64,000 nt of DNA, taken from assembly GCA_964016885.1 (NCBI GenBank), contig OZ024743.1:334738001-334802000 (forward strand), written 5' to 3'. Every line of letters begins with the position of its first letter. Positions within the stretch are counted from its first letter, which is position 1. The DNA is from Eledone cirrhosa (Eukaryota). Under the pieces are notes generated by a model. The model searched no databases, was not told where the DNA came from, and worked only from the letters and a program-made list of their open reading frames with translations. Both the position numbers and the translations under genes were made by a program. Shown piece after piece: positions 42,040-55,240 of this stretch.

Positions 42040-42645
42040 CAGGTCACCAGTTGGTGCTACTGGTAACATGTATCCCAGTACAACCTGTCTCATGGTCGGG
42101 TCGTTGGCGACTAAACTGGCAACCCCACCAAGGTTTCTTGGTGAGGAGGGTGACTTTGGACATCCTGCAGGACTAAAAACAAAACCTGTCAAAGGGCAAA
42201 GGAGCTCTTAAGAGTCAATGGCCATCCAAAATCACCGGGAGAGATGACCCCTTAGCCTTTGTCAAGGCAGAATTCTAGGAGAAGGAAAACTCTGATATAA
42301 CACCTGCAACCCTGATGGTATCCAATGATGTTGACTTGTTCTTCTTTTTGGTAAATATCATCTTGGTTAAGAGAGTGGGACTGGCTTTGTGCAGTACCTT
42401 TGCTCACTATAAAAGCTTCACGGCACAGGCATTGCTTTATATCTGGAGATCTCTCTGCACTTGTCGTCACATGGTACTATGGGCCCAGCACTATGTGTCA
42501 GTAATTGTCACAAGTGTAGTGTTTGTACCAGAGTTTTCAAGTCGCAGGCTGGACTAAAAAGTCACACTCGTTCAGCGCATCGGTAGGGGTTCTCCTACAT
42601 GGATATAAAGTAGTGGCCGTACTCGAAAACGAGTTGGCAGCCACC

Positions 42646-42646
<1 letters not shown>
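42040..42646 (+). mobile_element. Longest copy of the family A non-coding RTE-like element
   Basis: Structured 5' end, ctaggagaaggaaaactctga motif, 3' hairpin ctcgaaaacgag, ends cagccacca then (TA)n. Confidence 0.7.
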
Positions 42647-42693
<47 letters not shown>

Positions 42694-42758
42694 GTGTGTG
42701 TGTGTATATATATATGTATATATATATATATATGTATGTATATGTGTATGTATATATA

Positions 42759-42795
<37 letters not shown>

Positions 42796-42887
42796 CAAAA
42801 TAACAGATTTAAGTTTAAGCAAAGAATCGCTGCTTACTTATCCTTATCGAGCCCTTTTTGTATTTTAGTCTTCAAATTTAATATTAT

Positions 42888-42979
<92 letters not shown>

Positions 42980-44142
42980 ATGCGAATGTGTCTGTTGACA
43001 CCTGGAATATAGCTTAAGAGAAATATGACAATAATATACGATAGACACCCAGTACTTTGAACTGGTTTATAGAACTCTCTAGGCGTTTGTCACTCAAAGT
43101 AGAGCTTTAAAGAATTAGCTTTTACAGAATTTCCCTTTTCTTTAAATACACCAACCATAACCGACCCCCAACGATCTTATAGACACCTGAAATATAGGCA
43201 TTGTTAGCTTAAAGAGAAACTTAAATATAAGGAGTGGCACACCATTCTGAACTTGTTTATAGAATTCTTTCTGCCTTTGTCACTCTAAATAGGAATTATT
43301 GCATTAAAGAATTAGCTTTTAATGAATTCCCTTTTCTTTCAACCAATGACCTCCACCCCTCACACTCCCCACCCTCTCCTACCACCTGAAAAATATAAAT
43401 ACCACAACAATTATTTTTGGAAAACCAGATTCCTGATGTTTTCTAAAGAATGAAACAGTTCTAGTCCTGTAGAATCTCATCTATATTAAAACTTTTAAAC
43501 TCTTCTATGTATTGAGTACCTTACTTACTGTGGTTACCTCCGATTCAATCCGGATACTTACTGTGGTTACCTCCGATTCAATCCGGAATAACTTACAAAT
43601 AAAGGTTTATTAGGTTCATGCTCTTGAGAGTGAGGGGGAGGTGGGGGTGGGGGGCGTTTCGGGCATAATCGCTTCTTCAGGATAAATAGGTTAGGAAGAG
43701 AATTCCGATTCGATGGTGTATGGAAATACATTTAGAAAAAAAGAGGGAGGAGAAAAAATAAAAATAAAAATAAACGTAAAAAGAAACAAGAATTAACAAT
43801 AAGATGAGCAAGTAGTGGAAGGGTGTGAGGCGTGTAAGGGTGGTGGCGGGTGGAGTTGGGCGAGGGAGGCGGGGAGGTCGAAGCGGGGGAGGCTGAAGGT
43901 GGTGTTTGTGTATGTATATATATATATATGAATATATATATATATATATGAATTAGATATAATTTTTTACAAAAAACAATATAAAAAATTATAAAGATAA
44001 GTGGAGAAGATAACCACAGCTCAAAATGGAATAATTTATTATAGATAGCAATACAAAAGACTATGTATCACACCCCTTTGAAAGAATTTTCCAAAAAGAC
44101 ATTATGCTAAAAATAATAACTCGACTTTATACATTAAATGCT

Positions 44143-44184
44143 GATTTACGAACGTTTCATCCCTTTCCTGGGACTTTTCAAAAC
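44143..44184 (-). ncRNA. Minimal hammerhead ribozyme, U3-A8 variant
   Basis: gtt-TTGAAAA-gtccc(aggaaa)gggat-GAAA-cgttcg-TA-aat. Confidence 0.7.
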
Positions 44185-44883
44185 AAGGTATTCAATAATA
44201 AAACCTCATTATAATCTCACCCAAGCGATCGACAGCCATCAGCATGATAATAGTTTACATTAAAAAAAAATTCTAAATGACTCCATAATGTATGTTGTTC
44301 AATTACAGACATAAAACGTCAATCCCCCTTAGCACATTACGATAAAGACTAATGAAAAAAAATTAATATGTGATAAATATAAAAAGATAAATATAAACTC
44401 AATAAAAATTGATAAAAATATTATACAGGATAAGGAAAAAATAAAGACACAAACGTACATATAAATACACATACACCCACATATATACAAATATAGATAT
44501 ATACATAGACAAATATATATATATATATACACACATATATATACATACATTCAAATCTACATACATACACACGCACATAAAAACATACACGCATATATAG
44601 ATAGATATACACCCTCCTATACGTACATAAATAACATACATGTATAAACATATAAATATATACATGTATATATAGATATACACCCAACTAGATAAATAAC
44701 ATACATAACCATATACAAATACGCACATATACACATATACAAATACACCTATACACACACAGACATATATATATGTATGGTTGTGTATATTTTTATATAT
44801 TTATCTGTATGTATATATATATATATATATTTCTATATATATAATCTTATTTATGTGTGTATGGGTGTATATGTATGTGTATA

Positions 44884-44938
<55 letters not shown>

Positions 44939-44980
44939 GTGTGTGTGTGCTTATATAATAAAGAACACACACACACACAC

Positions 44981-45017
<37 letters not shown>

Positions 45018-45157
45018 CAGATAAATATATAAAAATATAAACAACCATACATATAAGTACACCCATATAGCTACACATATATATACATACATACATATAA
45101 AGACATATATACATAAAAAAAAACTGAACAGAAAATAAAAAATAAACGATATAAAAC

Positions 45158-45251
<94 letters not shown>

Positions 45252-45252
<1 letters not shown>

Positions 45253-45608
45253 TAGCTGACGTACCCAGCTTCGCCCGGGTAAACAGATGATAAGAGAAGA
45301 CAGGTAAAAGAGAAAATGACTGTATTGGATGTTTGTCTGGTTACAGTATGAGGCGAGTCCGTGGTGTTTGTGTGATACAGAAAAAAGTAAAAAAAAATCT
45401 TGCATATATACCAGATTCTTCATTGTACCGTTTGTGCATAGTATATGAATAATTGTAGGTGCTCCCACCTAGAATAGTGACCTCTTGGAGGTTCATCTTC
45501 TGCCTGACTGTAAAACGTGTATCATTGCATAGAAGTGGTTGTTCTACGTTTCTCAAAAGGATGATGGAAGTTCCAATCTGATATATTATATGTAGATATA
45601 GATATAGA
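45252..45608 (-). mobile_element. Short non-autonomous Helitron
   Basis: Minus strand A|TCTATATCTATATC...hairpin tacccg..gggta...CTAG|T. Confidence 0.65.
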
Positions 45609-46163
45609 TAATTAATATAACAGATGTCCGCCAATGTAAAAAAAAGGTTCCTATTTACTCCCTTCACAACTCTGTGTATGTTAGACTGACAGCAGGCACA
45701 CAGACAGATAAACTGCGTGGCGATTGTGGAACGCCACACACATACACGCAAGGAATCGCGCACACGCACGGAAACTTACACACACACTCACACATGTTGA
45801 TAGTTTTTACTTTCTGTGGAACGCTGCACGCACGCACCACACATAAACATAAGCGCACGTACATTCACACGCACGCATGTTAATAGGTATTGCTTTCCTT
45901 CACCTCTTATTTCCACACATACACATGTCTCTACACTGACACATATAGCGTTCACACTCTCCCCTCTCACTCCCCCATTGGCATTATGCATATTATTTTC
46001 AGTTTGGCATCGTCGAGGTGGGCGGAGTCGTTTGAAATCTATGAACCAATGATAATCGAGAATTATGACACACGGAATATTGACGTTTTTCAAATTAATA
46101 TATAGATAGTAAAATGACAGCAGGTCGGACTGGTGAATTTCCTTCAAAGATTTATTTTAGGAA

Positions 46164-46221
46164 ACACTATGTATTTTTCAGTGGCCAGGTTACGTAAGTT
46201 CCTGGTCACATCATCAGGTGT
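46164..46221 (-). ncRNA. Hammerhead ribozyme
   Basis: acac-CTGATGA-t-gtgaccagg(aacttacgtaa)cctggccac-t-GAAA-aataca-TA-gtgt. Stem III is weak. Confidence 0.7.
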
Positions 46222-46530
46222 ATATTGCATAATACTTATATAATAAAGAATAATGGTAAACACAATCCAAGAGTCTATATGGAGAGAAAGCAGAGGAAAA
46301 AATGTTTTATGACTCGAAGGCGATCAAGTGGGCCAGTTGCTGACAGTTTGGCTGATCGCTTACAAGTCAATATCTCCCGCACCACCAACAAGATTCAGCA
46401 TCAAAGATGGACGAGCTGATAACGTTGAGTGCTTTTCCTACTATTATATCATGGGAATGACCAGTTCTATCCAGTGGTGAACCACAAAAGTTAAATGAAT
46501 ATATATATGTATATATATATATGAGAGAGA

Positions 46531-46615
<85 letters not shown>

Positions 46616-46725
46616 AGAGAGAGAGAGTGAGATATATTTATAACAGGAAAAGTGATTAAACTATAAAAAAGTAAAATTAAAGTAAATCTGAAATCCTCCC
46701 AGTGCATTATCAACTGTTTTTCTAT

Positions 46726-46756
<31 letters not shown>

Positions 46757-46841
46757 TGAATAAACATTGTTGCCTTTGATCGAGACGAAGCGAGTGTGTA
46801 TTTGAATACATATAAATTCTTTTCTCATACTTACATGAATA

Positions 46842-46899
<58 letters not shown>

Positions 46900-47472
46900 G
46901 CGTGTTCAAAGAATAGCGAATACTGTTGTGTGCGCGTGTATTATGTCTTGTTCCTTACTGAATATTTATGCCCTAATGAAGTCAGTTTGAGCAATTTAAG
47001 GCAGGATTATTCTCGGAGGACAACCTCCGTTGTATGAGGTATAGGAATGTTCATATTAATCACAGAGACATATGAAGTTCTCGAAACATGCTTTGTATTC
47101 ATGCTGTGAAATGACTCTACGCATATTTCCATTGTATTGAGATTAAAGGTCAACTCTTTCTATCTATTCCTTCATCTTATAGATTAATGACGCAGATCCA
47201 ACTCTGAAATTATTTACAAATAATTGTTGAGAACTTTTCATGCATTAAATAATGGTAAGATTAATTACACTATACTCCGTGGACAATATCTCTCTCTCTC
47301 TCATATATATTTATTTAAACACACACACACACATATATATATATATGTATACATTATATTATGAGTGGATGATTGTGTGTGTGTGTGTATACCTCTTTCA
47401 GTGCGTTTGTGTGTTTATTTTCGTGAGGGTGTGATGCATTCAAATTTTGAAGTAGAGGACATGAAAGTTATT

Positions 47473-47513
<41 letters not shown>

Positions 47514-47670
47514 AAAAAAGATGAAATCGAAAATGCAAATGGAGTCTTATTTAAAAAAATATATATATATTTATTTGGTTCCTTTACCAGTTTCGCAGTT
47601 CCTTTACCGATTTCGCAGTTCTTCTGCTTCACAGATGTGAGAAAAACCACAGACCATCCATCACAACTCT

Positions 47671-47708
47671 ACTTTTGAAAAGCAGAAGAACTGCGAAACC
47701 GGTAAAGG
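47671..47708 (+). ncRNA. Minimal hammerhead ribozyme, U3-A8 variant, in inverted cassette 47511-47770
   Basis: actt-TTGAAAA-gcag(aagaa)ctgc-GAAA-ccgg-TA-aagg. Confidence 0.8.
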
Positions 47709-47868
47709 AACCAAATAAATATATATATCTTTTTAAAAATAAGACTCCAGTTGCATTTTCGATTTCATCTTATATATATATAATATATGTATATATATAT
47801 TTCATTAATATATATATATATAATATATATGAGGGTGTTAAAGTTTGCTTGAAGCATTGTGAAATGTG

Positions 47869-48394
47869 TAAAAATACGTATTTAAGAAAGTCACAACAAT
47901 GCAAAGGGAAATCTCGAGGTAGGAAGTGAAATATAGATAGGAAAAACAGGTGAAAGTGAAAATTGAGAGAGACAAAGATGAAAACAAAACAAAGGTAGAA
48001 GGGTTACCGTAGTAGAGATTTAATCCCAATATTTCGGGCTCACGCCCATCAACGGGGGAAAAGTTCCAAAAGGGGGGGAACAGGCTAAGCGGAGAAAGTT
48101 GTGATGTCGTTAAGACAGGAATGCCGTTATTGATAACGGCATTCCTGTCTTAACGACATCACAACTTTCTCCGCTTAGCCTGTTCCCCCCCTTTTGGAAC
48201 TTTTCCCCCGTTGATGGGCGTGAGCCCGAAATATTGGGATTAAATCTCTACTACGGTAACCCTTCTACCTTTGTTTTGTTTTCATCTTTGTCTCTCTCAA
48301 TTTTCACTTTCACCTGTTTTTCCTATCTATATTTCACTTCCTACCTCAAGATTTCCCTTTGCATTGTTGTGGCTTTCTTAAATACGTATTTTTA
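47869..48394. repeat. Near-perfect 526-bp palindrome with degenerate HHRs
   Basis: Centre atgccgttat-tg-ataacggcat. Each arm has tccc-CCGTTGA-t-gggc(gtga)gccc-GAAA-ta-TT-ggga (48204-48239 on plus). Confidence 0.9.
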
Positions 48395-48490
48395 TAATAT
48401 ATATATATATATATTTATAATATATATATATATATATGTTTATAATATATATATATATATATATGGTAAGGAACACTTTTAATTATTTAT

Positions 48491-48530
48491 GCCCTTGAGA
48501 AGCCCAACCGGGCGAAACGTACGTAGGTGC
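48491..48530 (+). ncRNA. Minimal hammerhead ribozyme, U3-A8 variant
   Basis: gccc-TTGAGAA-gccc(aacc)gggc-GAAA-cgtacg-TA-ggtgc. Confidence 0.8.
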
Positions 48531-48589
48531 TGTTTTAAATACACGTTTTAAAGGTCTATTCTCCGATTTCTTACTTTTCCACGTATATA

Positions 48590-48763
48590 TATAATTGTTT
48601 CTACTTTAGCCACAAGGGCAGCAATTATCCAGTGCATTACTGGTACTTTATTTTATCGACCCGTAAGGATGAAAGGCAAAGTCAACCTCGGCGGGATTTG
48701 CACTCAGATCGTAAAGGGACGTAACTATGCTAGAAAGCATGGCATCCGACCCTCTACCGATAC

Positions 48764-48767
<4 letters not shown>
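48590..48767 (-). mobile_element. tRNA-derived SINE (major family)
   Basis: Match to the other copies. Further partial copies at 50923-51038 (-) and 52491-52627 (+). Confidence 0.85.
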
Positions 48768-48829
<62 letters not shown>

Positions 48830-48967
48830 GCGCGCGCATATATATAATTCCATCAGTTAATCCATATCTCCTCTCTAACTGATCGCCATATTGTGTAGAA
48901 CATTTATCTTTACGTACCCTCTACATACCACCTACACATGCATACATATATATATATTTCTCTCGCT

Positions 48968-49065
<98 letters not shown>

Positions 49066-49458
49066 GTGACTTATTTACTATGGCTACCATCGAATCAACA
49101 TGGGAGAAATATATAACTTTGATAGGTTTCATCCAGTATTGGCCCCGGCCATGTCTAACTTAGTTGTACCGCCTGGCGAAGTCTTTTAAATCAGGATTTG
49201 GAGTCTATGACCCACTCAAGTAGAGAGTTATTGCTTACGGAGACATATCCGGGTGTAGGGGGTTTATCCGGGATTTTTAGAAGGAATTTGTCCTAAGACT
49301 TTTTGAACTTCATGGGATCTATTTCTGTTTACAGTATTTTGGTGAAATGTTAAAGAGAGCGGAGCCAATTGAGGTGAAATAATTGTGCCATAATGCCATA
49401 TTGTTGTTATGAGATGCGAGTTTGAATTTTGGTGTGGGCGGATAGCACGGGGCCCAAG

Positions 49459-49495
<37 letters not shown>

Positions 49496-49706
49496 GAGGA
49501 GATATGTATCATAAGAGAGGAGGAAAGAGAAAAAAGAGTGTGATACAGTATGCTAAATACCGATAGCCGAAGCGAGGTGTGCTCGATGTTTAGGGTAGCA
49601 GTATTACATATTAAAGAGGGGTTAATATTTAATGAAAAAGGCAAGGAGAGCAAGTATAATCAAAATAAATGAAGGAGGTACAATACGTGTAAAACCAAAT
49701 TTTACT

Positions 49707-49799
49707 TCTTACATTATGTTTCAACCATACGACAGCCACTAACTGTGTACGCACGTGTAAAGTTTGTTGTTAACGCCATTGGTATAGAATCCTCAGAGA
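49707..49799 (-). ncRNA. Hammerhead ribozyme with long stem II; inverted tail copy at ~49840-49900
   Basis: tct-CTGAGGA-(67 nt)-GAAA-cataatg-TA-aga. Confidence 0.6.
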
Positions 49800-49895
49800 T
49801 ATAATTATTAATACTGATGCCAATCAGTATTAATAATTAAATAATGTAAGAAGTAAAATTTCGTTTTAAACGTATTACCTCCTTCATTTAATTTG

Positions 49896-49972
<77 letters not shown>

Positions 49973-50298
49973 GATGATGAGAATATCTTTTCTGGTGCTT
50001 CTTATTCTTTAATAAACATATGGTTTATAAAATGTAAAACATTTCATCATTAAATTATAGAAATATCCTACTTTAGATACACATAAACATATATATGTTT
50101 ATATATTTGTGTAATATTGCCAGAATTAATAACAGAACACACTCACAGTGTGTTCTGTTATTAATTCTGGCAATATTACACAAATATGACCCTCCCCAAG
50201 TATAACAATATTTGTTTCGACACACGATTTCATGTTTATATATCTATATCTATATATATGTAACTGTTCAATTAAATACACACACACACACACACGCG

Positions 50299-50358
<60 letters not shown>

Positions 50359-52290
50359 TAGATAGATAGTTAGATAGTCATATAAGCATATGCAATTAAA
50401 TACACTTTATACTCATTTTTATGCGTGTGTATTTACAGACAAACATCTACATACAAACGTAATCGATATCCACAGATTAAAACGATGAGAATTGTATTCG
50501 TTCAGTTAACTGAATAACTCCCTCATTGTATTGTATATAGCTGATTAATCAAGGGAGGTTTTTATCACATATTTTATCACCCGTCGGCTTTTTCTCTCGT
50601 AGGACTGAGGTATTGAAATGTCTGTTTCTTTTCTTCTATTTTTTTTTATTTTGCACATATTTCTATTGAGAGCAGTCTTCCATTGTCTCTCTGTGAACAA
50701 TTGCAGGTGTTAAACATATTTTATACCCGTTCTATAGATATTCTATGAAATATCTGCACAGAGAGTCACTCCAGGTAGAGCCGCTACGACCCCAGAAGAA
50801 GAAGAAGAAGAAGAAGATATCTGCATATATATTTCTACTATATGGTGTATCAGTGGTGAACTCTTTCCGACTATTTAATATTCAGTTACTTTATAGAAAG
50901 TATTTCGATGAACTAAATAATATATTGTTTCTACTTTAGGCACAAGGCCAGCAATTATCCAGTGCATTACTGGTACTTTTATTTTATCGACCCCGTAAGG
51001 ATGAAAGGCAAAGTCAACCTCGGCGGGATTTGAACTCAATAATATATTACTTTAAGATTAGTTGTTGAGAATGTTGATGAATAATTAGACTGTACCCCGT
51101 GGAGAACATGTATATGTGGTCCCGTGCGTCTCTTTGAATTCGTGTGTGTGTGAGTGTGTTTTTGTGTGTGTGTGAGTGTGTGTGTTTGTGTGTGCGTGTA
51201 AGTGTGTGTGAGTGTGTGTGTGTTTGTGTGTGCGTGTGTGAGAGTGTGTGTGTGTGTGGGAGTATGTGTGTGTTAGTGTCTGTGTGTGCGTGTGAGTGTG
51301 TATGAGTGTGTGTTAGTGTGTGGTAACGTTTGAAATAGAGTGTTTAAACTTAATACAACTATTTTAAATTCTAATTAAGATATTCACGTTTAGGAGTTAC
51401 GTTTCCACACCACTTCACATAATTTTTTGGGGGGCAACACATAAAGACACACACAAACACAGAACCCCCCCCCCCCCACACATATATATAAAGACATATT
51501 TACACACAAACTCTCACACCCACATTCTAAGCCGGAGAATTTATATTTACGAACTACTTCCAACGTCCAGAGAGTAAGTAGTGGTGTAATGTTGAATATA
51601 CATATATATGTATATATATGTACGTGTGTGTATATATACGTGTGTGCACGCGCGTTACCCGAACAAAGATATGGAGCCGTCATTACGAATATCTTAATTA
51701 TAATGTGTGTGTGCATGTATTATTTATTTCTATACATACATACACACATACACACATACATACATACATACACACATACACACATACACACATACATACA
51801 TTCACACACACCCACACAGATATACATACGTACATACAAACTTACACACACACATACTTACATACATACATTGCTTGGTTCGTCTTTTCATTTCTGATAC
51901 TATCAATTTGTAACAATTTCTGGCTGAAAAAGCTACGTGAAATAAAGTGTTTTGCTCAAGGACTTAACGCATCGATTATTTTGGGAATCGAACTCTCAAC
52001 TGCATGATTGTTAATCCAATTTTCTAAACAATAAGCCTAGGGAAATGGCTTCAATTTTGTCTCGTTTGTTTGTGTATAATATTGATGACTAAATAATCTA
52101 CCACATTTTCAGCAATTTCCACAAATTGGTGAGTAGGATAAACAATCCACAGGATATTTATTGTTACTGTGCGGCAAATATTTCAGTTTAAATACTAAGA
52201 TATATCTTTACTTAAAGAATCATCAACATTAATGAGAGTAGGGTGTCAGAGAGAGAGAGAGAGGGAGAGAGAAAGAGAGAGTGAGAGAGA

Positions 52291-52326
<36 letters not shown>

Positions 52327-53890
52327 TAGATAGAGATATATATATATATAGAGAGAGAGAGAGTGAGTGAGAGAAAGAGAAACATCTTGCAATATGGCCC
52401 TATGTAGATAATAATAAACTTGCTAATGTCAGAGAGAGAGAGGAGAGGGTGTGAAATAATGCATGTCAGAAGGAGACATTATAGGAATTTTTGGCAGTAT
52501 CGGTAGAGAATCCGACGCCATGCTTTGCAGCAAAGAGTTACGGCTCTTTCTGGTCTTTATGGTAAAATAAAGTACCAATAATGTATTGGTTATTTGCTGG
52601 CCTTGTGCCAAAAGTAGAAACAATTATAGGCAATTTGTTACAAAGGTGTATACAATATTTTTCTTTATGGAATACTTGCTTGAATTCAAATAAAATGTGA
52701 ATTTTAGGCAGCATCTGAAATTCACATTTAAGTGAACGTCTCCAGTTGGTGACCCAGATTGCAGCTGTTTTATATTTGTAATGGCTTAGTCACAGGAACA
52801 ATGGCGGAACCCATGCCTATTTTTCGGAACTTCGAGGCAGGTGAATAACAGGGAGTAGGCCATTTACAAATGCGGTGTCTACCTTGTATATTTGTAACAC
52901 TGTGGACTGCGTTAAAACACTCAAGGGCCAGGGTGGTAATTTTAAACTGAGTAAACATTTAAGTGTGTCGTCTTAAAAGAGGAATGGTTCCTCTCACAGA
53001 CTTCCAGAAAAGGTTGTGCCGACTACATTCCACTATCAAAATGTCGGTGGACTTTTGACCAAGGTGTATATTATCTAAAGTCGAGTGAGATTGAACCTGG
53101 AAATGAGTCGTTGTTATTTTTGTCGGTTTACACCCTATTCTTTACCACTTAGCAGCTACAAAATTGGTTTTCATTCCACCTGTGTCCTATTCCACAAACT
53201 AATTGCATCATGTTCACTATCTAAATATATCTACATGGCACATATGACTATTGATAAGAAATCAATTCATGAAGAATTTATGCCAGAAATGAATATTCTA
53301 AAAGTCTGACTTTTCCTCTATATCACTTATTGATTAATACATATTAAAGAAAAGAAAATCTCAGCTGTAGATTTATGGAGTATACATTGTTGCTTCGCTT
53401 TTTATTCAATTTGAAACAGCGTGTCAGAGGTCATTTTGTTTGTCGCGTTGGGGTAGTGTTCCGTTGTAAAAGATACAATTGTGTCAACAACCAATAATTA
53501 TCATAGAACATACCCTCACAAGCATACAACTATCTGTCTAATCACCTGTCAATTTATTTATGTATGTGTGTGGTTGATAAAAGGATAGATGTGTACATAT
53601 TGTTACATATATTGAATTTCATACATGTTTTGGGGTTGGACCATGGTAAGAGAGAGAGAGAGATAGACTAATTTATATACTTGGAGACACTCCGTAATAC
53701 GTTAATATATATACCATATACATTTATTTGTATGTGAGTAAATATATGTGTTTTTGTATGTGAGTAAATGCAGATGTGTGTTTGTATGTGGTTCTACTAC
53801 TATTTTCCATAAGCTACATTCCAGTATATTCGTACATTATTGTTTATCTCTAAATTTACTTGTTTTAAGTTCTCTTTTTAAAATTTACTG

Positions 53891-53921
<31 letters not shown>

Positions 53922-54712
53922 TCATTCTTTCTTTCTTTCTTTTATCTATTCAGTCTTATTTCTTTCAACCAATCCCATTCTCTTACTCTGTTCTATAGCC
54001 TACTCTTTGTTTATGTGTTGACAATTATTACTCTATTAGAGTGCTTACTCTCAATATAATAAGTGGGATATAATTTTCCGAGATGAACAACACGACAGTA
54101 ATAACTATAGTTGAAATACTTTATAGTGGACAGCCATTTTGTTTGCTTTTAGTCAGAATTCATTGAATCATTACACATATTAATTTCCATAAGTTTCAGA
54201 ATTGTTAGAATATATTATGATAGCTTTTGGGGGGCTTAATGTGTAGCGCGTCGGTCAATTGACAGCAAAATCAATAGTTCAAGCGTCATATCAATTGATT
54301 TTTGAAAAAAGACAATTTAAACAAATACTACAGTTTTTCAGATCGGACCATGGAGAATGTTCCAAATTATATTTCTATAGCAGATACTATTTCAAGATCA
54401 CAGATCCCAGAAGAACATCACTTATTTTTTGGTCAGAGGTGGCGAAAACATCTGTACTTAGAACATAGAGCAGGAACGAATACTGCAAGACATCTTAATT
54501 ACTCGCTTCTGTAATGGCACAAGTATCTTCCCTAAAGGATGAAAAGCAGTTGATATCGATGGGATATGAACACGGAACACAGAGAATGCAACAGACACTG
54601 CAAAACATTTTCACAACATCTATAGAATTCCGCCAATTCTTAAACAACGAAAACAAGTCAATATGAAACGAGAGAGAAAATAGCTACACTTGTAATTACT
54701 ATTTCATTTTAC

Positions 54713-55240
54713 GTGAAAAGAAACTCCCCATTGAAAATTATTCATAACTTTTGGCCTACTGTGACCACTTGGAACAACATCAATGATCTCATATTCATGC
54801 AAGATGTGACCCGTACTCATTTTTCAAGCACTGTCAGTGAGTGGCTTGATGTCCAATTTCCCGGACGTTGGCTAAGTCATCGAGGTTCACATGATAAGCC
54901 AGCAAAAAAAAAATCCTGACATAATGTCATACGATTTTCGTCTGTGGGGAAGGGCAAAGGAAGAAATCTATAGCGCAAAACCAAAAGCTCTGACTCAATT
55001 GGAAGAACGCATTCGTTATGTACTGACCAACATACCGCCTGAGTTTCTGATAAAGTCAGTCGAGAATATACCCAACGTTTAAAAACAATGGTGGAAAACG
55101 CTGGTGTCTATGTAGAATTTTAAACTGTACTGTACTTTAACCATTACACTGTTCAAAATAAAATATGTTTTATGAGAATCGACTAATAATTAATAAAGTT
55201 AACAATTTTAAATAGGGAATTTCTTTTTAACAATTCTGTA
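54713..55240 (+). mobile_element. Tc1/mariner-superfamily transposase C-terminal remnant and probable right end
   Basis: FMQDVTRTH...WLDVQFPGRWLSHRG...PDIMSYDFRLWGRAKEEIY resembles FQQDGAPPH...FPGRW...SPDLTP.DF.LWG. Frameshifted, ends ...CTG|TA. Confidence 0.8.

Noticed and set aside
42040-42125. Canonical HDV-like ribozyme
   Set aside because: I could not place a 7-bp P1 3' strand between P3 and the GG/P4 region.
52800-52846. Possible short coding exon MAEPMPIFRNFEA followed by GTGAAT
   Set aside because: Too short, weak donor, no recognisable homology.
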